Made by a program: the position numbers and the translations under genes | Notes under the pieces: model-generated | What the model was told of the DNA's origin: nothing | What the model saw: only the letters and a program-made list of their open reading frames with translations | Database searches by the model: none | Part shown: positions 54,486 to 64,000 of the stretch, piece after piece | Layout of the letters: every line of letters starts with the position of its first letter | Numbering within the stretch: the stretch's first letter is position 1 | Assembly (NCBI GenBank): GCA_022605425.2 | Contig: JAKIMF020000001.1 | Coordinates: 124,001 to 188,000, forward strand | Direction: 5' to 3' | DNA: 64,000 nucleotides | From: Hamiltosporidium tvaerminnensis FI-OER-3-3 | Taxonomy: Eukaryota > Fungi > Microsporidia

Positions 54486-55425
54486 GGTAGGATATTCTAT
54501 ATTTACCAGAATTGGAAGCCAGAGAATCCTATTACTATCTTAAGATATTATTAAAAAAATAAATTGGAAAAAATCTAATAAATTTAATGGGTATTGCGTA
54601 CACTTTAAAGCTTCCAAGTATAAAATGTACAATTTGTGGGAAATTAAATATTTTCTTGGTAGAGAGAGGATATACTTATTAGAAACTATCTGGTTGGTAA
54701 TGAGTACGTAGAATTGATGTGAAATTCATTTTTGCCATTTTCGTGGGATATAAACGGCACTGTAACCATAGACAAATCCCCTATATTTCCAAATTACAAT
54801 AAATTAAAAAAACAAATGGTAAACTTTCATTTGTTCATTCTCAACCCCTAGAGGTACAAGAGGATTTGAATGACTAAATAAGAATGTAAATCATAAAAAA
54901 AAACGAAAAATCTAAAACAAATAAATATTTTCTTTTAGAAAATTCTAATTTGTAATTTAAAGACTTGGTTTTTAAAATTTAAACGATATAAGTTCTTTAA
55001 ATTCGAATTTATAATTATTTTCTATAAAAATCATCTTTTAATTTACTTCTGTGAAATTAAAGTGGAAAAATAGATTACAAAAGTTTAGTAAAATTTAAAA
55101 GTCAATATTTTCCCTCAACCTCGTTTTCTCTAGAAATGTGTTTTGTTTTTGTAGTATTCTACTACATAATTATGGATTATTGGATTCCCTTATAAAATAT
55201 AAAATTCTATTTTATTACAACAATGGTGGAAGAATGGAAACAAAAGACCTGGAGTAATAAAATAATTAAACCTTTCCTTTTAAAAAACAATTCTTTGGTT
55301 ACACGGGTTAACAAACCTTTAATTTGGATGATAGAGCCACTCTCTATTAAAGATACCTTTTATCTGGGTGCCTCGTGAGAAGTTACGACAGTCTTATTTG
55401 TAGGCTTAGTCGTAAACTAATTATT

Positions 55426-55467
55426 TATGTTATAACTTGGGATGGTATTCTTATAAAATATTATAAG
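55426..55467 (+). mobile_element. Tiny R4-type RLE C-terminal fragment
   Basis: Translates YVITWDGILIKYYK, compared with PHVVTWNGIGTKYHK in the 57.6-kb copy. Confidence 0.5.
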
Positions 55468-57149
55468 ATTTATTTTTGAGAGTAAAAACATCAGTTTCTG
55501 TAATTTAATGTATTAAATTTGTGTTTATTATACAATCAAAGCATTCACTCTGATTTGTAAAAGTTATTTGATGATTTAATAAGTGCGTAGAACAGTTTGA
55601 AAAAAAATAAGGAATATCATATATAATCTAAACCTTAAAGATCTTATTTTCTTCAAATTAGAGCCTAAACATAAGAAAATTATCAAAGCTATAATGTGGA
55701 ACTGCTCATTCTTGATGGACAAACTGATTAAAACGTAGATTCTAAATATATAACCAGAAAGAAAGAAAACGAGGAAAAAGCAAGAAAATTATTCCAAAGC
55801 TAAAAATTGGTGAATGTGGAATATCAGGCCAATAATTAATTAAATAGAAATTTTCCTTTTATTTTTGAGCTTCTACTTTCAAAATATTTAAACGAATAGC
55901 TCATTTATTTTTTTTATATGTTTATAAGTTGGAAGTTGATTAGTAAATGACATCAATAGTATTATCGAGCAATGTCATGAATAGTAGCAGTGGTTCGATG
56001 AAGCACCTTGAATGTTGGATTTTAAAAACATTTTGAAAAACTAATAATAATTTATCTTATTAAGAACAGCAACCTTACGATTTCTTCAGAAATCTTACAA
56101 AATAAATAGTACAGCAGAAGTAGAACTTGGAACAGCTTTAAATGTTTAATTGGTTCAAATAAATTTTCACTCTAAGCATTGTTAAATTTTCTTTCTGCAT
56201 GCTTTTATTAAGAAAAGTATGAATAAAGGATTTTAACTTTTTTAAGGTTTCGATTTGTAAAATAGCATTCAAATTAAATCACTCAATACAGATTTTTGAT
56301 TTAAGATGTTCTACAGAAACAAAAAAACAGTAGATTATAAATTTTTAAACTCTTTATCTGCTACTCCTTTTCTCTATCTTTAAGAAAATTCGATAAAATG
56401 ATAGGCTTCAATAATATCAGAGATTATTTTAATTGTAATAAGACATAGTATGTTTAAACATAATTTAAGTTTTAAATTTTTTTAATCAACTAATAAATTA
56501 ATCTCTCATGAAAGGAAGTTTTTTTGAGAAAAAAAGTGCTTTACACGACTTTACGAAAACGAAAACTAAAATCGAATGCGATAAAAATAAAACGTAACCT
56601 TAACAAAGAAACATAAAATGTTATGCTCAAGCTAAAAAAACGGGTTAAAACTGAAAGTTAAAATCATGTTAATTAAAAATACCCGACATTTTATATGGAA
56701 ACCAATCAAGGTCTCCAGAAATTCAGATATGAAACAATTAAAAAAATTTTTGTAAATTGACAATTCTGGGCTATGAAAGCCTAAATAAAAAGATTAAGAA
56801 ATTTTATCTTAATTCAATGAAATTCAAGAGTGGTAATCTGTAAATATATCTTGATTTTTTTGTATAATGTAAAATTATGTTCAATGTACTTGCTTAATAA
56901 CTGTAGAATAAAGAAATAAGTTACTTGATTTATCTAAAATTTTTTTATTTTTGATTTGTTTTCTAAGTAATATTTGAAACAATTTTTTCAATAAAAAGGT
57001 TTTTTTTATTTCTATCAAATTTTCGTTTCGATTATGAGTTCTTTAATTTGTGCTTTTTGAAATATTGCAACTTTTGTTATGTTTCTGGATCAAAGTATTC
57101 TGTTCTTCTTAAGAATTAAATTTGACCAGGAATTTCTAGAAAACGAATT

Positions 57150-58310
57150 TTTATTTAATTAAAATCTGGGTTCACAAATTTTCTCTGAATTAAATATTTC
57201 TTTCCCCTATTTTACTCACTTCATTATCTTTCTCTAAATCCGACTCTTTGCTATATGTATTGTCGGTTGCTTCACTGTGGTTATGTCATTCAAAATAAGG
57301 GATATAATATTTTTTGTATTTTGTTTTTTAACACCACCTTCCTCGTTGTCTTCTTGCTTTAAACGGGTGTTAGTTGTTTATGCATCTCATTTCCTAAAAT
57401 AACACTTAATGACGCTCTCTCCTAGCACTCTTCGGTATTTGGTTCTGACTCAAGTCCTCTTCGTCAAACAAAAGAAATTATTTAGACTGTTTTCTTAAGT
57501 ACTATGGACTGACCATATGTCTCTATATTTATGGGTATTTGTAGTCTCTTAACATACTTCTTATGGTATTTTGTCCCAATACCGTTCCAGGTAACCACAT
57601 GAGGGATTATCTCAACACCAAACTTATAAATAAGACCCAGCTCATTTGCTAATAGGTCATACTTTCTAGGTTTCTCCGTTTCATCTGTTTGAAGTGAGTC
57701 TTAGGAATTAATTCTTCCTTCATTGATTTTATATTAATTTTTCTGTTATCTAAAAGCAGTATATCGGGTCTATTACACCGAATCTTGACATCAGTTTTTA
57801 TCCTGGTGTCAAATCTTATCTCTGTCTACTCATTGTCAAGATTTTCTTGAACCTAGAGACTCCTTATTCGTTTTGAAGACTGCAATTTATATCTATTTAG
57901 TATAAAGGTGCAGGAATCTAACCACTTCATTTTGCTGTCTGATATAGTTATGATCTAGCATTTTTTCACATCGAGTTGCTAGATGATATACAGTTTTACC
58001 AGACTTGCTGCAGTGTTGACACATAACATCTGCAACCCAGAATACATTTCTATCCTAGATATAGCAGAACACTACTTTATCATGTAGTCACACACTTCTT
58101 TTCTTTAACCATCTTGAAAGGTCACAAACACTGACAAGCTCGTTATTTTTAGCGCTATATAACTTTGAATGTAGTTTTCGGTTTTATTTCGTTATATAGG
58201 TAAGCTAGTGGATATTCTTCCAATTTCTTCTTTGTGACATCCTCTTCCTACTTATATTTTACTTTTAGGAAGTCTTTATTAGTGCAAGATGAGTTCTTTT
58301 AGTATTCTCC
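57150..58310 (-). mobile_element. 5'-truncated R4-clade (RLE) non-LTR retrotransposon remnant, best-preserved copy
   Basis: KLHSKLYSAKNNELVSV..SRWLKK...FCYI*DRNVFW..MCQHCSKSGKTVYHLATRCEKMLDHNY (CCHC), DTRIKTDVKIRCNRPDILLLD (PD motif) and ETEKPRKYDLLANELGLIYKFGVEIIPHVVTWNGIGTKYHK...QSIVLKKTV. In-frame stops and frameshifts; ends near an AT tail at ~57150. Confidence 0.9.
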
Positions 58311-58694
58311 CAGAAAAATTATAATATTTAAAGTAAATACATCTCTACCGCATCAAAGTCAAAACAACATTCAGCAACAACTAAACGAAAGAGAGCAATA
58401 CTGTTACCTCAAAACAAAACCAAAGAAGACATGAATTATAAAATAAAATTCATGATTTCTATTTTTTTGTTTTCTTTCCAAGCGACAGGTCTTCATCTGG
58501 GATTCCGATAAATCCTTTCATCTGTTCAACTAAACATTTTCTTTTTCAAAAATATATTGAGATGTCTAGAAAATTATTTTTAATGAAAAATTTTAACTTT
58601 AAGCCTTCGATGGTTCAATAAAGCATATTTACTTAGAACCATCAGCTTGACTATGATCAAATAAAATTAATGTGAAACATATTGTTTTGATTTT

Positions 58695-59315
58695 ATAGGG
58701 TAGATATACACCACTTTATCAATGGAACTACGGGAATTCTTATAAGAAGAGAAAAATCTACAAATTAGTTAATCATTTCCAAGAAAATCTAGGTTTATTT
58801 GTGACTGATTTAGAAAATCGTTCGAAAATATTTAGAAATTGCACTGTATCATGGAAACATAGCCTTGGGCACTTTATTATATACGATTTTGTGCCTAAGA
58901 AATACAAAAAAAAGTCCCCTTTAAAAAACCAGGAAAACTAAGTAACAGTTTATACTTGTTATTATGACATTACAACGTCTATAATGACGCTGTTTAACTT
59001 GCAGATACTTATGGCCGAATGTATATTGGGTTTGGAAAGTGTAGTATAACTAGAAATATAGCATGTCTTGTTGGAGCCCGAACGAGTTTTGATCCGCCAT
59101 CACACAGAAGGCAGCGACTTATACGATTTCGGACAACTACGCCCGTCTTTTAAAGGTTTTACATGGTTTTAGATAAACACTTTGGCATGCCAGTATTTAA
59201 GAGATATGGATAAAAATTTAGGATGGAGTTGTCTATGTTAAACCAAAAATGTTTAAATTCCATGAGAACCGTATAAATATGCGCTTTTATAAAATAATCT
59301 GATATTTATTAAATT
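58695..59315 (+). mobile_element. Ancient degenerate copy 5 of the ~720-bp SINE-like element
   Basis: Collinear remnants catggaaacatagcctt, ccaggaaaactaagtaacagtttatacttgttattatgacatt, tattgggtttggaaagtgtag, gtcttgttggagccc..., atcacac, cggacaact and tatgttaaacc. The 5' boundary is unclear. Confidence 0.8.
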
Positions 59316-59514
59316 TATTTGTTTTATACTTGTGAAATTTTTTAAAAAGAAACAACTTCAAAAATTTGTACGTAACAAATATATTATTCGGTGTAAAATT
59401 TTAGTTAAAACTTCAAATTGTAAAGAAATTGGTTATAAAAACGCACAAAATTTAATTATTAATTCCAGAATAAGAATTTTTTATTTATAAATTCATTATT
59501 TCTAAAATGGCTTG

Positions 59515-61012
59515 TCAAAGTAGATTTAAAACAATATTCGAAACAACACATAACATTATTTCTGATTTTTAGATCTAGAACACTCATATTTCCTCCACGA
59601 AGAATTTTTTTTTGGATATTTTCTTTTCTTCAAAAAATTTGGTTATTATATCGTTGAAAATTGAATCTTCAACTTTGTAAATATAAAAGGAAATATATGT
59701 TTGTGATCTAAGATTCTCTTTTAGCTTCACCAAAAAGGGTTTTAGATCATCACAGAAAGGGCTGATTTCAGGGGTTTCCCCAAATGTTTCTTTAAGAATA
59801 TCTTTTCGTTCCGCACCATCATCAGGAAAATCTTCACTTAATATTTTGTAAAACTTCTTTTTTTTTCAAATTTGAAAAACATTTGTCTGATAAAAACTAT
59901 GAGCCAGTCTTCAATCGACAAACTAAACGATATGTATAAAGTGTGATTTGAATACTTTTCGAGTAATTCTTTAAAGCCTAAAAGTTATCTACTCGACCAG
60001 TCATCAGGAAAAATATAATTCGAACGATTTCGCATCACATCTGGTAAGCGAAGTTCTTTATTATCAAAAATAAATGTAAAGATTTTTCTCGTAAAAACAT
60101 CTCTGTAGTTTATGTTTTGTTGTTTTTTCACACATTAACCGACAAAGTTCGTGAAAAAGACATTTTTTTGATTTTTCGGGTGTTTGCAAAATACGATTTG
60201 TATAAGATTCTGGAAGTTTCCATGTATTCTTCGAGTATATTTTATTTATGATTTTGAAAAATTCGTTATTTTTAATTTCTGAAATTAAACATTCTTTGTT
60301 TTTTATCGAATTATAAACCGAAAAATCTGTAAGATTTTCATCCAGTTGTATAAAGCTTCCTGCAAAAACAATAAACACATTTTCAAGCAATTCTCTTAAA
60401 TGCTTTGTCTTTAATACTACTTTGAATAACTTCAATTTTTTCTTGGTTGGTATTGAGTAGCTTTTCAGTTATTTCTTTAGGTTTGATTTCATCGAGCATA
60501 TTTTCGTTAAAATAATATTCCTGGCTTGCCTTGGATAAAATATCTGTTAATGTATCACGTTCAATTCTTTCTAAGGTTTTTTGTGTTGAACACCAGCTTA
60601 TATACTTTGCTATAAAGATTTTAATAAAGTCGGAAAGTATTGATTTGTATATGAGTTTTTCATTTTTGAAATTAGGGTCGTCTGGGCATTTATTAAAATC
60701 ATTCAATTATTTTTCGATAACTTCTTTTATAGCATCTTCAAATATAAATTTTGTTATTTCTAAATCGACTTAAAGAATGGCTTTGGCGTAGGGTAAGGCT
60801 AGAGAAATGTCATCCATTACATCTTGATATCTATTTATTATACTAATATGGACAGGATCAAGCGCTAGCGGAACGTAAAGATTGGATTCATCTTCTATAA
60901 ACTGTAAATGTATGACAGTATAATGAACTGGATTTGGATCCATGTCTAACATCGGATTTGAAATACCAGCACAGAGAGTGTTTTGAATCAAGAAAACAGT
61001 GAAGAGGTTCAT
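59515..61012 (-). pseudogene. Decayed lineage-specific secreted-protein gene (~500 codons)
   Basis: GCC-ttc-ATG start at 61012 with a signal-peptide-like N-terminus (MNLFTVFLIQNTLCAG). ORFs 60770-61024 and 60383-60706 share a frame separated by two in-frame TAA (AIL*VDLEITKFIFEDAIKEVIEK*LNDF). Further frameshifts occur at ~60400, ~60070 and ~59900, with a protein-like tail (FYKILSEDFPDDGAERKDILKETFGETPEISPFCDDLKPFL...). Confidence 0.75.
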
Positions 61013-61074
61013 GAAGGCTTTCACTTTCTTGCTTTATATACTCTATAAATCTGGTTCTAGTCAAAAGACTAATT

Positions 61075-61141
61075 TTAATTAATTTGGATTTTTAGACTTT
61101 TTTATTTTTTTAAAAAAATCCTATGAATCCAAATTAATTAA
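61075..61141. repeat. Perfect 16-bp inverted repeat with 35-bp spacer upstream of the pseudogene
   Basis: ttaattaatttggatt (61075-61090) / aatccaaattaattaa (61126-61141). Confidence 0.8.
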
Positions 61142-62260
61142 GAACTGGCAAATTATGAAAATAACTTCAAAAGCAATATTTGTAATATTATATTTTACAA
61201 TTTAATTGTAAAAATTATTTTTCCTACAAATAACTTCTTAAATTATCAATTATATATCTAATGGCATTATCTTTCTTACTTACTCGCATTAAATTCTAGC
61301 TTTCTCTAGTTTAGTATGACTGATGTAACGTCTTCTTTCGCTAATCAATGTTATGGTATTTTCTGTTTATATTCCTCTTTTACGAAAAGCCTCTTCTAAG
61401 AAGTCAAAGCAAAATAAAATTCACGGTTTTTCTATTTTTTCCGTCAATCTCTAACATTTATGTTCCATATGTCATTGTTATATTTCCGGATCGAGCTATA
61501 GATTTTTGATTGTCTTTTAATTTTCATTGTTCTTCAAATCAGTTCTAATACGTAATTATGATTGATTGGCCAATATATCTAATGTGGTTTAGCCTACCAA
61601 AATTTTAACCCGTGAGTTTCACAGCCATCACACACATTCATTGTCTATCAGATTGCTATTGATATTCACATTATTATGAACTAACAAAACTCAATTAAAA
61701 AACAAAATTTATATTTTTGAAAGAATCAAATCAACATAAATTTATGATCGAGCAATAATTATATATAAATACATGCAAATTAAAAAAATGGTCTGAATAT
61801 TATTTTTGAAAAACTCTTGATTTGGCTGGCAGGAATTAATTTTATATTCCGAAGCCAATTTCAAAAACGCAAATAATTTTATCTTAAAAGTATATGTCTT
61901 CAAAAAAATATAAAGCTAAATTTTTATTTAAGTTATAAATCTAATTAGACAACCTATTTTAACAAAAAATTATTCTTCCATTGTATTTTTTTTTCAAAAG
62001 GCTTAACTTAGTGCAAACTGATGTAATAAAACAACCTTAACATATGCTTTAGTTTGTATTACGTTATATTTAAATCGCGTTTGCATGTTTTTTTAAGTTT
62101 AAACTGTTTGCTAAATAAACTAAAATATTTTAAATTGAGATTTGCTTTTTTGTGATCATTTGGTGTATTTTTTCTGGTTTACACTCAAGATTTAATATAT
62201 AAGAATATAAATTTAATTTGGCTTTTTCAACATTGTTGACTCTAAGATCTTCGAAATTAA

Positions 62261-63313
62261 AACACGTCCGTGGGCGAAGGGTACCTTTATGGTAGTAAAT
62301 TCACTTTAAAAAAACAAAAATTTAAAAAAATTTCCCTTTTAAATAAGTTTTGGTTTCAATAAATTTAGTGATTGGCTTAACTGCCATATATTAACTCTTG
62401 TAGAACCAAAATTCAGTGCCTGTATTTCTTTAACAAGGTTGGTGTCAAAATCATTATTCATTTTAATTTGTACATGGTCTACATGTAAAAAGAAAGTTTT
62501 GAGTTTAAAAGTACCTTGCTTGAACTCTAAAAAAAGTCCTAAAAATTTTTATAAACAGTTTGTGATTTACTTAATTACACACAAATGGGAACAATATCTT
62601 CTGATCGTTATATTCTAAAAAGTTATTAGAGGCGTTAGTTAAAAAAATGAATGATAAAGCCAAAAGTAATTCGATTGCAACCAAGGAATATATTTTAGAA
62701 TATGAACTTATTTTAGAAATTGACGAATCCAAATTTGGTAAGCAAAAGTAAGATAAGCCTGGGGTGTGTTGAAGGAACATCGGCTTGTAAAATAATGTTG
62801 ATACCTATTTTTTATGGAACTAAAGAAACAATTACCCGCATTATAATATAACTTGTGAAGCCAAGTAGTATAATCTATACAGACTGTTGGAAACGTTATG
62901 GAGATTTGTAAAAACGTTTGTATGAAATAGAAAATTACTGGCGCGTATTTATTGCTCGAATCTTGGGTGTTCATACCAACAAGATTGTGAAAAATTGATC
63001 TCACTCAAAACTTTACTCCAAATCGATGGCGAACTCAATAAAAAATTGCGTTATCTTTAATATTTGATGTTTGAAAATGTACAATGAATTATTAGAAGCG
63101 ATGCTAAGATTATTTAGCTCTTCCTAAAGCAGTTTAAAATATTCATTTCTTAAAATTATCATTATATTTTAATTTACTTTATTGTTGAGTGTCAGAATAT
63201 GTTAGTAAATTGGAAAGGTAAAGTTATAAATATAAATTTACGGGTAATTTTTTTAAATTTTTGTTTTTAATGCGAATTTAGTACCAAAAGATGCCTCAGC
63301 TCCGAGGTCTGTT
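62261..63313 (+). mobile_element. Decayed Merlin (IS1595/IS1016-like) DNA transposon with ~75-bp imperfect TIRs
   Basis: ILEIDESKFGKQK (VEIDESKFGKRK motif, ~62710), IIYTDCWKRYGDL (~62870), ITGAY..LESW (TGAHT..IES.W) and an upstream CxxxxC..SLK...FE. TIRs 62261-62336 and 63242-63313 share ggta.taaattc..ttaaaaacaaaaatttaaaaaaatt.ccc. Confidence 0.85.
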
Positions 63314-64000
63314 ATTTTTTAAATTGTAATACGAAAATAAAATATACTTACTTTTAAGCTTGGTTTTCATTTTACTCTTGTTTGCTAAATTTGAATTTTT
63401 CCGTATTTGTATATATTTCTGTTTCGATTTCTATCCTCTCTTTATGTTTACTATTCTAAGATTTATGATTTTCGCTATTCGTAAATAAGTTTTCTGATTT
63501 TATTTAGAGTTATAAATCTCTCTGTATTGTCATAATTTCTAACGAGCAAAAAATAAATCGTACCTTTTAGAGCTGTACAAGATTTTTCATTGTAATTTTA
63601 ATTTTTATCTGTGTTTGTTAAAACACCAATTCTTTGTCGAATAAAAAAGTTAAAAATATCTTTAGATACTTTTTACCAAATAAACCCCTTAATACATAGG
63701 TGATTGCTACTTCTGGCATATACATAATGCATTGTAAAGATTATAAGCCAAAATTAAACTTAAGTGAAAATATGGAGAGAATGTTGTGATTTAATTTTCG
63801 TGATTTTGAAGAAATTCTTTTATTCTTGATTTTTCCATTCGCAAAGTTTTAAAGAGTTGGTGAGGCAAATAATTAAAAAAATATGATATCTTTCGCATTT
63901 TTGACACAAGCGAACTAGGATCTTATTTAAATATTTACATAGGTTTTACTGATGTGTACTGTTATTTAACAATGCTTTTTAAGATTTTTCTTAAGGAAAA

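Noticed and set aside
60700-60775. Two in-frame TAA codons as evidence of stop-codon reassignment or readthrough
   Set aside because: The same gene also has frameshifts and TGA/TAG stops. PheRS-beta and the 408-aa ORF have no internal in-frame TAA, and PheRS-beta ends in TAA.

Overview
Very AT-rich, gene-sparse eukaryotic DNA, most likely from a large-genome microsporidian (Hamiltosporidium-like). This assignment is an inference from the compact divergent PheRS-beta, CCC-like motifs just before ATGs, and the R4-type retroelement peptides. Positions 1-~35,900 contain no intact gene I can support. The right 28 kb holds a phenylalanyl-tRNA synthetase beta gene with three apparent single-base frameshifts, one orphan secreted-protein gene and one decayed secreted-protein pseudogene. 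It also holds fossil transposons: three R4-clade (RLE) LINE remnants, an RTE LINE remnant, a short RTE-derived element, a Merlin DNA transposon with TIRs, and a possible hAT end. The most notable feature is a ~720-bp non-coding, relatively GC-rich, hairpin-dense retroposed element, present as four full-length copies and one degenerate copy. It has a fixed 5' start (GTGGAGGG), an AT-rich tail, 9-12-bp target-site duplications and no recognisable tRNA/5S head. Two copies sit head-to-head as a ~1.5-kb palindrome with swapped TSDs and a ~380-bp homogenised core, which records an inversion plus gene conversion between the arms. All alignments and translations outside the supplied ORF track were done by eye.
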